This document shows positions 49,680 to 59,017 of a stretch of DNA of 64,000 nt, one piece after another (position 1 is the stretch's first letter; every line of letters begins with the position of its first letter). Source of the DNA: an uncultured Chloroflexia bacterium (GTDB lineage Bacteria; Chloroflexota; Limnocylindria; Limnocylindrales; CSP1-4). The notes under the pieces are model-generated. The model ran no database searches. It was not told the DNA's origin and saw only the letters and a program-made list of their open reading frames with translations. The stretch spans positions 704,001-768,000 of the forward strand of contig CAVVJT010000007.1 of assembly GCA_963748625.1 (NCBI GenBank), in the 5' to 3' direction. The translations under genes were made by a program, and so were the position numbers.

Positions 49680-52439
49680 TCAGGCGGCGGGGACGGCGAC
49701 GGTCGACGCGGAGGCCGGCCGCTCGGAGGTGCGGACCTTGAAGAGCTTGCGGGCCTCTTCGACCACGATCAGCGACAGCGAGACGACGATGCAGATGGCC
49801 CACTGCTCGCCGGAGAGGGCGACGGTGTCGAGCATCCGCTGGAAGAAGCCGAGCTCGGTGGCCAGCACGATCGAGACGACCGAGAGGCCTGTGGCCACCA
49901 GCAGCGGCCGGTTGGCGAGGATGCCGCCGCCGAACAGCGACCGCTCCTCGTCCGCCTCCTCGAGCGACGAGAACAGGCGGAACAGCGCGAAGGTGGTCAT
50001 GCCCATCGTCCGTGCGACCACGTCACCGAACGCGTCGTTCGCCCAGGTCAGCACGCCCAGGGTGCCGACGGCCATCACGAGGCCCGTGAACACGAGCCAG
50101 CGCATGAGCTGCGGCGGCATGATCCTCTGGGCCTTCGGCCGGGGGCGCTCATCCATCAGCCCCTCGCGCGGCTTGCCGTAGCCAAGGCCGATGGCCTGGA
50201 ACAGGTTGACGCTGAAGTTGAGCCACATGGTCTGCATCGGCAGGAACGGGATGCCGCCGAGGATGTTGAGCAGCGACGAGCCCAGGAACGTGGCAATGAA
50301 GCCGAACAGGCCGGCCATCTGGTAGCGGATGAACCGCATGAGGTTGTCGTAGACCGCGCGGCCCAGCTCGACAGCCTTGATGATCGTGGCGAAGTTGTCG
50401 TCGGTGAGGATCATGACCGCGGCCTGCTTGGAGACCTCGGTGCCGGTGATGCCCATCGCGATGCCGATGTCGGCCGCCTTGAGCGCCGGGGCGTCGTTCA
50501 CGCCGTCGCCGGTCATGGCGACCACGTGGCCCTTCTTCTTGAGGATGTCCACCAGGTGGACCTTGTCCTCGGGCGACACGCGGGCGATGACGCCGATGTC
50601 GTCGATCTGCCTGACCGCCTCGTCGTCGCTCATGGCGGCGAACTCGGCGCCGGTGATCGCGCGGCCGGTGATGCCCAGCTCGCGGGCGATCGCCTCCGCC
50701 GTGACGGCGTGGTCGCCGGTGATCATGCGGACCTGGATGCCCGCGGCGTGCGCGTTGGCGATGGCCAGCTTGGCGGCGGGCCGCGGCGGATCCACGATGC
50801 CCACGATCGCCAGCAGCTGCATCCCCTCGATCGCCTTGAGAAGGTCCGCGTCGGGGTCGAAGGTAGCCGGGTCGAAGTCCTTCTGGCCGGTGGCCATGAC
50901 GCGCAGGCCCTGGGAGCCCAGGCGCTCGTTCTCGGCGAGGTAGCCGTCCCGCACCTCGGCGACCGGCACCTCGGTCCCGTCGGGGCCGTGTGCGGTCACG
51001 GCGCGCGCGAGCAGCTGGTCCGGAGCGCCCTTGATGTAGGCGCGGATCACGTCCTTGCCCGACGCGTCGGTCATGTGGTGGAACGTGGCCATCATCTTGT
51101 AGGCCGCGTCGAACGGGAGGGTCGCCACGCGCGGGTAGCGCTCGCGGGTGAGCGTCGGATCCACGCCGCCCTTGGCCGCGAGCACGACGAGCGCGCCCTC
51201 GGTCGGGTCGCCCACGAGCTGGCCGTCCTTGACCTCGGCATCGGCGCAGAGCGCCATCGGGAGGAGGATCGGCTCGAGCGGGACGTCCGGCTGGCCGCCG
51301 GCGTGGTTGATCTGGCCGGTGGTCTCGTAGCCGGAGCCGGTGATCGTGTAGCGCCGGCCCACGACCCCCATCTGGATCGCGGTCATCTGGTTGAGCGTGA
51401 GGGTGCCGGTCTTGTCGGAGTTGATGGCGGACGTGGAGCCCAGCGTCTCGGTGGAGCGCAGGCGCTTCATGATCGCGCCGACCGAGGCGAGGGTCTGCGA
51501 GCCCCTGGACAGGATCGCGGTCACCACGGCGGGCAGGGCGGTCGGAATGGCCGCGACGGCGAACGCGACGGCGGACAGGAACAGGTCCTGCATCTCGCCA
51601 CCGCGGTACCACCCGAGGAAGAAGGAGATGCCCAGCGCGATGCCCGCGATGACCAGGATCTGGTTGGTCAGGGCGTCGAGCTGCGTCGTGAGCGGGGTCT
51701 TCTCGTCAGCTGTGCCCTGGAGCATGCCGCTGATGTGGCCGACCTCGGTCGCCATGCCGGTGGTCATCACCAGGATGGTGCCGGCGCCGCGGGTGACCTG
51801 GGTGTTCATGAACGCGAGGTCGACCCGGTCGCCGAGGGCGGCGTCGGCTGCGACCGCCGCAACCTGCTTCGGCGTGGGCACGCTCTCGCCGGTCAGCGCC
51901 GACTCGTCGATCTCGAGGGTCGCGGCCGTCAGGATCCGCGCGTCGGCCGGGACAAGGTCGCCCGCCTCGATGTTGACGATGTCGCCCGGGACCAGCTGGT
52001 CCATCGGGACCTCGACCAGCTCGCCGTTGCGGCGGGTCTTGGCCTTGACGACCATCATCTTCTCGAGCGCGTTGGCGGACGCCTCGGCCTTGCCCTCCTG
52101 GTTCATCGCCATCCAGGCGTTGAACAGGGTCAGCAGGATCAGGAACACGCCGGTGTTGAACTGGCCGGGCAGGAACAGGCACACGATGCCCGCGATCAGC
52201 AGGACGATCTGCATGGGATCGCGGTACTGGCTCACGAAGAGCGCGCCGCGGCTCGTCTTCTTGGCCGATGTGAAGGTGTTCGGGCCGACCTTGGCGCGGC
52301 GGGCGTCGGCCTCGGCGCTCGACAGCCCGGCCTCGATCGTGACTCCCTGCGCCTCGAGCGCACCGGCCGGATCCAGCGCATGCCAGGCGGTCGTGGTGGA
52401 CGCAGCGCCGGGAGGCGCGGCAGGGTTCGCTGCGGTCAT
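49680..52439 (-). CDS. P-type ATPase (P2-like architecture) with atypical membrane sites
   Basis: TGES, DKTGTLT, KGAP, MITGD, GDGVND; M4 motif reads IPTALP. Confidence 0.93.
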   Translation of the reverse strand: MTAANPAAPPGAASTTTAWHALDPAGALEAQGVTIEAGLSSAEADARRAKVGPNTFTSAKKTSRGALFVSQYRDPMQIVLLIAGIVCLFLPGQFNTGVFLILLTLFNAWMAMNQEGKAEASANALEKMMVVKAKTRRNGELVEVPMDQLVPGDIVNIEAGDLVPADARILTAATLEIDESALTGESVPTPKQVAAVAADAALGDRVDLAFMNTQVTRGAGTILVMTTGMATEVGHISGMLQGTADEKTPLTTQLDALTNQILVIAGIALGISFFLGWYRGGEMQDLFLSAVAFAVAAIPTALPAVVTAILSRGSQTLASVGAIMKRLRSTETLGSTSAINSDKTGTLTLNQMTAIQMGVVGRRYTITGSGYETTGQINHAGGQPDVPLEPILLPMALCADAEVKDGQLVGDPTEGALVVLAAKGGVDPTLTRERYPRVATLPFDAAYKMMATFHHMTDASGKDVIRAYIKGAPDQLLARAVTAHGPDGTEVPVAEVRDGYLAENERLGSQGLRVMATGQKDFDPATFDPDADLLKAIEGMQLLAIVGIVDPPRPAAKLAIANAHAAGIQVRMITGDHAVTAEAIARELGITGRAITGAEFAAMSDDEAVRQIDDIGVIARVSPEDKVHLVDILKKKGHVVAMTGDGVNDAPALKAADIGIAMGITGTEVSKQAAVMILTDDNFATIIKAVELGRAVYDNLMRFIRYQMAGLFGFIATFLGSSLLNILGGIPFLPMQTMWLNFSVNLFQAIGLGYGKPREGLMDERPRPKAQRIMPPQLMRWLVFTGLVMAVGTLGVLTWANDAFGDVVARTMGMTTFALFRLFSSLEEADEERSLFGGGILANRPLLVATGLSVVSIVLATELGFFQRMLDTVALSGEQWAICIVVSLSLIVVEEARKLFKVRTSERPASASTVAVPAA

Positions 52440-52471
52440 GCGGGTACTCCCTCCGAGAAATGCATCTCCCG

Positions 52472-52516
52472 AGAGTATCGACGAGCGGCCGCCCCGGCAT
52501 CACGCGAATTGGGCGA
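52472..52516 (-). promoter_or_regulatory. Candidate activator box, site 7, with -10 element
   Basis: TCACGC-GAATT-GGGCGA at 52500-52516; TACTCT 22 bp away. Confidence 0.62.
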
Positions 52517-52649
52517 GGGCAGGAGACGCGGGCGCGCCGCGCCGGGTGCGAGATCCTGCGCGGCGTCGTGCGCCTTGCGCCAGGGGCAACGAAATCGCGC
52601 AAGCGCCGCCCTGGCCGTCCCTCGTTGTCGGGGCCCGCTGCCTGGCGGA

Positions 52650-52713
52650 CAACAGAACCCCGCAAGGAGCCCGGATTCGACACCTGGAGGCCCGGGCTTG
52701 CGGGGTTCTGTTG
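52650..52713. repeat. 17-bp perfect inverted repeat with 30-nt loop
   Basis: CAACAGAACCCCGCAAG at 52650-52666 and CTTGCGGGGTTCTGTTG at 52697-52713. Confidence 0.85.
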
Positions 52714-52831
52714 ACTTGCAGTCAGATGGCGGGGTCTGGCGGGAGATGCGAGGCTGGCGGAGATGAGCGAGGCTGGCGGGAGAGGTCTGGCGGGGTCTGG
52801 CGCACCCGGCCGAACCCCGCGCCTGGGAGAC

Positions 52832-53173
52832 CTAGATCGCCGTGCCGCCCCGCTCCCCGGTCCGGATCCGGATCGTGTCCTCCAGGGGGAGGATGAAGAT
52901 CTTCCCGTCGCCGAGCTCCCCGTCGCCGTGGCGCGCGGCTTTGAGGATCGCGTCGACCGTCGTCTCCACGAAGGCCTCGTTGACCCCGATCTCCAGGCGG
53001 ACCTTGGGCAGCAGCCCGGGCGAGACCTCCTCGCCGCGGTACAGCTCAGGATCGGCTGCCTGGCCGTGTCCGGTGACCCGGCTCACGGTGATGCGGGTGA
53101 TCTCGGCCTCCATGAGGGCCTGGTGGACCTCGTCGACCTTGTCGGGCTGGATGATCGCGATGATCAGCTTCAT
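52832..53173 (-). CDS. glnK: PII nitrogen regulatory protein
   Basis: MKLIIAII, YRG, LLPK, GDGKIFI, IRIRTGE; adjacent to amt. Confidence 0.88.
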   Translation of the reverse strand: MKLIIAIIQPDKVDEVHQALMEAEITRITVSRVTGHGQAADPELYRGEEVSPGLLPKVRLEIGVNEAFVETTVDAILKAARHGDGELGDGKIFILPLEDTIRIRTGERGGTAI

Positions 53174-53185
53174 GTCAGGCAGCCC

Positions 53186-54557
53186 CTAGTTCAGGTTGAG
53201 CAGGCCGTAGCCGTGCTCGCCATGCAGCTCGTGGTCCATGCCGGCCATCTCGCCCGCGGCCCCGAGCCGGATCCCGACGGTCTTGTCCACGACCACCAGG
53301 ATGATGAGGGTCGCGACGGCGGTGAAACCGAGGGTGGCCGCGACGCCCAGCGCCTGGACGCCGAACTGCTCGATGGCCACGCGTTCCATCGGGATCTCGC
53401 CTGGGCGGATGAAGAAGGCGAGCAGGAGGGCACCCGCCAGGCCCGCGACCCCGTGGACGCCGAAGACGTCGAGCGAGTCGTCGTAGCCGACGCGGTTCTT
53501 GAACTGGATCGCGCCGTAGCACAGCAGCGAGGCGACGGCGCCCAGCGCGATGGCGCCGGCGGGCTGGACGACGCCGGCGGCCGGCGTGATGACGACGAGC
53601 CCCGCGAGGATGCCCGACGCCACGCCCAGCGCAGTCGCCTTGCGGAAGCGCACGGCCTCGATCAGCACCCACGCGAGCGCACCAGCGGCGGCGGCGACCT
53701 GGGTGACGGTGAGCGCCTGGGCGGTCTTGAGGCCCGAGGTCAGCGACGGAGCCGGCGTTGAAGCCGAACCAGCCAACCCACAGGAGGCCGACGCCCATCA
53801 GGACCATGACCAGGTTGGACGGGTGCATCGCGGTGCGCGGGTAGCCGCGGCGAGCGCCGAGGTAGAGCGCGGCGACCAGGGCGCTGATGCCGGCCGAGAT
53901 GTGGACGACGGTGCCGCCCGCGAAGTCGATGGCGCCCAGCTGGAAGAGCCAGCCGTCGGCCGCCCAGACCCAGTGGCACAGGGGGCTGTAGACAAGGAGG
54001 CTCCAGAGGGCGATGAAGACCGCGTAGCCGCGGAAGCGGACCCGCTCGGCGAAGGCACCGGCGATCAGGGCAGGCGTGATGATCGCGAACTTGCCCTGGA
54101 ACATCGCGAAGACCAGCGTGGGCACGCCGTTCGCGTCAACCGTTCCGTCGATGCTGCGCAGGAGGACCAGGCCCGGATCCCAGCCGATCAGGCCCCCCAG
54201 GGCGTTGGGGCCGAAGGCCAGCGAGTAGCCGACCACCACCCACAGGACGCCGATGATCGCCATGGCGGCGAAGCTGTGCATCATCGTCCCGAGGACGTTC
54301 TTGGTGCGGACGAGGCCGCCGTAGAACATCGCCAGGCCCGGCACCATCAGCAGGACGAGCGCCGTGGAGACGAGCATCCACGCGGTCGCGCCGGTGTCGA
54401 TGGGCGGCTGCTCGGGGAGCACGGCTGGCGTTGCCTGCGGCAGCGCCAGCACGATGATCGCCGCCAGCAGGGCCAGCAGGCCCACGGCCGGCACGGCACT
54501 CGGTACCGTCCTTGGTTGGGGGGCGAGCACCGCCCCTTCGGGTGTCGTGGCCACCAT
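53186..54557 (-). CDS. amtB: Ammonium transporter, frameshifted near 53746
   Basis: FYGGLVR, DFAGGTVVH, GWFGFNAGS, YDDSLDVFGVHG; one extra G after NAGS. Confidence 0.92.
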
Positions 54558-54838
54558 CGTCGTGCTCCTCCGCTCCTCTGCCTCCAACGCGACCACACCA
54601 CGGGGGCAGGGCCGGTGCGGGGATGCTAGGAACGTGGGGCCGATGAATCCCGCCCCCGGCGGGTCACGATCCGTTGCGGCACGGACAAGGTTGCGACGGC
54701 CTCGAAACCGTCCCGACGACCTTCGTACCCCGTCCGGGCCACGCTGCGAGGAGGGTTCGGGGCCGCGAGGTCGCGGCGTGCACGACGAAGCGGCCCGGGG
54801 CTGGACCTCGTCCCAGCCCCGGGCGCAGAAGCCGCGGA

Positions 54839-55786
54839 TCAGGCGCCGGTGCCCGTTCCGGTGCCGGTGGTGGGGCTGGCCGCGGGGACCTGCCCGTCCT
54901 CGCCGAGGGCGCCGTGCGGGCCGCCCGGGCCGTGACCGCCGTGGCCACCCCGGCCCATCCCCGCGACCCCGTTGACCTCGTCGGTCACGTGCTGGGTGAG
55001 ATTGGCGAGCCGTTCGTCGGCCTGGGCCTGCGTCATGGTGCCCGCGGTGACGGCGGCCTTGATCTCGGCCGTGTCGGAGGCCACGACCGCATCGATCACC
55101 TTCTGGACGTCCACGCCCTTCGCCGTGGCAACCTGGGCTGCCGTCTTGCCGGCCTCGAGCTCCGCGGTGAGGGCGGCCTCGGTCATGCCGAGGACCTTGG
55201 CGGCAGCCATGAGGTCGTCCGCGTCGAGGCCGCCCGGACCATGGTGGCCGCCGCGACCATCCGCCACGCCGTTGACCTCGTCGGTCACGTGCTGGGTGAG
55301 GTTGGCGAGGCGCTCGTCGGCCTGGGCCTGGGTCATCGTGCCCGCGGTGACGGCGGCCTTGATCTCGGCCGTGTCGGAGGCCACGACCGCTTCGATCACC
55401 TTCTGGACGTCCACGCCCTTCGCCGTGGCAACCTGGGCGGCCGTCTTGCCGGCCTCGAGCTCGGTCGTGAGGGCGGCCTCGGTCATGCCGAGGGCCTTGG
55501 CGGCCGCGGCGATGTCGTCGGTGTCGAGACCCGGTCCGTGCTCCCGGCCGCTGCAGCCCGGGGAGGTGTCGGTGGTGCCAGTCGTATCCGGGGTTACGGT
55601 CGGGGCGGTCGTCGGGGCGGTCGTCGGGGTGCTGGTAGCGCCAGCGGTGGGGGCGGCAGTGGCGGTCACGGCGGGCGTCGGCGTGGGGTCGGCGGCATCG
55701 ACACCCGCGGGCTGGACGAGCACGGCGCCGGCCGCACCGACGAGGAGGGTGCCGGCTGCCACGCCGGCCAGGATGGTTGTGCGCAA
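54839..55786 (-). CDS. Exported hypothetical protein with Thr/Pro linker and two 100-aa repeats
   Basis: TTG start with AAGGAG RBS; signal peptide; AAKALGMTEAALTTELEAGKT...KGVD unit occurs twice. Confidence 0.78.
   Translation of the reverse strand: MRTTILAGVAAGTLLVGAAGAVLVQPAGVDAADPTPTPAVTATAAPTAGATSTPTTAPTTAPTVTPDTTGTTDTSPGCSGREHGPGLDTDDIAAAAKALGMTEAALTTELEAGKTAAQVATAKGVDVQKVIEAVVASDTAEIKAAVTAGTMTQAQADERLANLTQHVTDEVNGVADGRGGHHGPGGLDADDLMAAAKVLGMTEAALTAELEAGKTAAQVATAKGVDVQKVIDAVVASDTAEIKAAVTAGTMTQAQADERLANLTQHVTDEVNGVAGMGRGGHGGHGPGGPHGALGEDGQVPAASPTTGTGTGTGA
54961..55527. repeat. Intragenic direct repeat with 300-bp period
   Basis: About 54961-55227 is nearly identical to about 55261-55527. 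Confidence 0.92.
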
Positions 55787-55885
55787 GGGAATGCTCCTTC
55801 GGTCATGTGCCGGAGACGTTGGTGTCCCCGAGGTACATGCCCCAGCCTCTGCCGCGTTTCTTGCCGTTTGATGACGGACCGCCTC

Positions 55886-55925
55886 CCCCAGCCCAACTCC
55901 CAGCCACTTCTCAGCCGCGTCACAG
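55886..55925. promoter_or_regulatory. Direct-repeat boxes at 11-bp period (OmpR-family-like)
   Basis: CCCCAG 55886, TCCCAG 55898, TCTCAG 55909, TCACAG 55920. Confidence 0.55.
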
Positions 55926-56093
55926 CAACCGGCCCGAGCCCGGGCGCTGACCACGACGTTGGTGCGCGGTGCACCACGCCGTGGAACCCGTCGCGGGCCG
56001 TCGAGAGGCGGACGACCCTGAACGAGCCCGGGGCCGGGGCGCGGGCGTCATGACCTCCAGCGCCGCCACGATCTCCGGCTGGCTCGGCTGGGG

Positions 56094-56441
56094 TCAGCCC
56101 GCAGGCTGCGCGACGGGGACGACGGGGATGACGGGGATGACGCGGCCACCCGGGGCCCCCAGGGCTGGCGCCAACTCTCCCGCGATCTGCCGGAACCGCT
56201 GGACCGCGTCGGCGCGAAGCCGGTAGTAGACCCAGCTCCCCCGCCGCTCGGACTCGACCCAGCCGGACTCGCGCAGGACCTTGAGATGGTGCGACACCGT
56301 CGGCTGGGCGACGGTGCAGCAGGCGGAGAAGTCGCAGGCGCAGACCTCGTCGGCCATGGCCAGCTGGCGCAGGATCGCGAGGCGGGTGGGGTCTGCGGCG
56401 CCCTGGAGCAGCAGGGCGTCGGGGTCGGTGATGCGCTTCAT
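56094..56441 (-). CDS. arsR: ArsR/SmtB family repressor
   Basis: ADPTRLAIL, EVCACD, QPTVSHHLKVLRESG; divergent from arsM. Confidence 0.88.
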   Translation of the reverse strand: MKRITDPDALLLQGAADPTRLAILRQLAMADEVCACDFSACCTVAQPTVSHHLKVLRESGWVESERRGSWVYYRLRADAVQRFRQIAGELAPALGAPGGRVIPVIPVVPVAQPAG

Positions 56442-56448
56442 CTCGGGT

Positions 56449-56510
56449 AAGATATTGACATTCATCGATACCGATGGCAAGGTGCCACCCACATCGACAT
56501 TCTTCGATAT
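56449..56510. promoter_or_regulatory. Divergent arsR/arsM promoter region with two operator-like palindromes
   Basis: ATTGACATTCATCGATA and ATCGACATTCTTCGATA 40 bp apart; TTGACA (56455) - 17 bp - CAAGGT. Confidence 0.7.
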
Positions 56511-56547
56511 CGAGCCCGGCACCGACCGACTGCAGGAGATACAGACC

Positions 56548-57349
56548 GTGACGACCGAGACCATCCACGAGGAGGTCCGCGCGCGCTACGCGCTGGCGGC
56601 GCGCGAGGCGCAGTCGGGCAGCTGCTGCACCCAGGATCCGGCGTCCATCGGCGCGGGGCTCTACTCCTCCCTCGAGCAGGCCGAGCTTCCGGAGGCCGCC
56701 GTCCTCGCCTCGCTCGGCTGCGGCAACCCCACCGCGGTCGCCGAGTTGCGCGAGGGTGAGCGCGTGCTGGACCTCGGGTCGGGCGGCGGCATCGATGTGC
56801 TCCTCTCGGCCAAGCGCGTCGGCCCCACCGGCCGCGCCTTCGGACTGGACATGACCGACGAGATGCTCGCGCTGGCGCCAGCAGAACGCCGCGGCGGCGG
56901 GCGCCACCAACGTGGAGTTCCTCAAGGGTCACATCGAGGCGATCCCGCTCCCGGCGGCCAGCATCGACGTGGTCATCAGCAACTGCGTCATCAACCTCGC
57001 GGCCGACAAGCCCGCCGTCTTCCGCGAGATCGCCCGGGTGCTGCGGCCGGGTGGTCGGATGGGCGTGTCCGACATCGTGGCCGAGGACCACCTCACGCCC
57101 GCCGAGCGCGCCGAGCGCGGCTCGTTCGCGGGTTGCATCGCCGGTGCCCTCTCGTTCGAGGAGTACCGCACGGGCCTGGAGCTGGCGGGCCTGACCGAGA
57201 TCACGATCGAGCCGACGCATGCTGTCGCCGACGGCATGGTGAGCGCGATGGTCAAGGCTTCGAAGCCGCGGGGGGCGCTTCCGGTGATCACGCTTGCCGA
57301 AGCGTCGACCGAGGATGGCGGCTGCTGTGGCGGCGGCGGCTGCTGCTGA
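56548..57349 (+). CDS. arsM: Arsenite methyltransferase, frameshifted near 56878
   Basis: [38 protein letters not shown]; Cys pairs at both ends. Confidence 0.88.
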
Positions 57350-57362
57350 AGGGGCCCCGGTG

Positions 57363-57795
57363 ATGCGGATCGAGCGTTCTTCACCGGCCGACATCCCGGC
57401 CGTCGAGGCGCTGCTGGCGTCCGCCGGCCTCCCCCTCGATGGCGCCGCGGAGGCCCTGTCGCTGGGCGTGGTCGCACGCGACGGGCGGCCGCGTGGTGGG
57501 GGCGGCGGCGATCGAGCGCTACGGTGCCAACGGGCTCCTGCGATCGGTCGTGGTGGCGCCCGGGCAGCGCGGAGCCGGGGTGGGCCGGGCCGTCGTCGCG
57601 GCGGCCGAGGACCTTGCCCGCGCCGAGGGGATCCGGAACCTCTACCTGCTCACGGAGACCGCGATCGACTGGTTCCCGCGCCTGGGCTATGCCATCGTCG
57701 AGCGACCGGTGGCGATTGCGGCGGTGGGGTCGTCGGTGGAGTTCACGACGGTCTGCCGGGACACCGGCGTGCCGATGGTGCGCCGCCTGGCGTGA
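57363..57795 (+). CDS. arsN2: ArsN2-like GNAT acetyltransferase, frameshifted near 57485
   Basis: [37 protein letters not shown]. Confidence 0.72.
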
Positions 57796-57980
57796 CTGCC
57801 GGCTTGCCTCGGGTGGCCGACGGCGCGGGCGCAACGTGGCCGGGAATCAAAGGACCCCGCGTGTGCCACACCGCCGGGGGAACGATGCTGATCCGCGAGG
57901 TCCTTCTGCCATCCAATAACGAGGCGCGGTCGCTTCGTTAGGCCGGTGGCAAGGCGATTCTCCGGATTGTGCGGACTGTG

Positions 57981-58112
57981 CGCCATGGCTGGGCCGCCAG
58001 ACCCCAGCCATGGGGCGAATCCGCCGCCCGCCCTCGTGGCTCAACCGCAGGATCGACACGTTGGAGGTCGAGCCCTCCGTGGGTGAGCCGCATCTACCCC
58101 CTGGCTGGGGGA
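57981..58112. repeat. Cluster of CCCAGCCA(T/G)GG-type elements in both orientations
   Basis: Inverted copy at 57981-57993, full copy at 58002-58019, inverted copy at about 58097-58111. Confidence 0.6.
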
Positions 58113-58204
58113 TTCCGCGACGGTCGACGCGGTATCGTCCTTCCAGCGAGCCATGATCCGCGTCACGATCCTGATCACGCTCACGCCTGAGGACGCCGCC
58201 ACCG

Positions 58205-59003
58205 ATGTCCACCGACCGCCCCACTGACGCGCCGACCCCGGCTGCCGTGCCCGACGGTCTCGAACCCGGCGAGTCCGACAGGACGGCGCTGGCCGAGGGC
58301 CTGCGTCTGGCCCTCGAGGATCCGGACGCGGCCCGCCGGATGCTCGCGCGAGCTCGAGGGCGCCGACCAGGGCGCCGTGGCCGACGCACCCGACGGATCC
58401 GATGACGCCCTGGCGCCCGGAACCGAGACCGGTGCAGCGCCCGATCCTGCTGCCGTCCCTGCCACCTCCATGCTCCTCACCCGGTCGGCCGGCATGTCCA
58501 TCGACCAGCTGGCGGAGGTTGGCCCGGATGTCGTGTGGGGTTGGGTGGCCAGGCTGGCGCCGGCGGACATCACGCTGCTCGGACGGGTCGTCACCCAGAT
58601 GCTCGACGAGGGCGCCCCTGCGGACGCAGGTCGGGGCTTCGGGATCGCCTGGTCCGGCGGCGTCAAGCTCCCCATGCGCGAGGTTGACGGGCTGTTCAAG
58701 GACTTCGTCGATCTCGAGCACACGGTCGCGGGCGTGCTCGCCGGGCGCGAGTTGCGCAGGGCCGCATACGGCGAGTCGAAGAGCATCGCCACGATGCTGG
58801 CAGGCTGGTTCGGCCGTCCCGACCCGGGTGCCCGCGAGGCGGGGGCGGTGATCGAGACGGCCGGCCGGCCGGCGCAGCTGGGCCTGGTCGCGCTCTGGAA
58901 CGCGTGGGCGGGGATGCGCTACCGGGCGTCGATCCCGCAGGCCACCTTCGAGATGCTGGTGAAGCCCTGGATCACCGTCGTGGGCCCGCTCCCCGAGGCG
59001 TAG
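58205..59003 (+). CDS. Hypothetical protein, probable frameshift near 58348
   Basis: ORFs starting at 58205 and 58377 join if one base is removed (ML-A-ELEGADQG). Confidence 0.6.
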
Positions 59004-59017
59004 GCCCGGAGCGTCGG

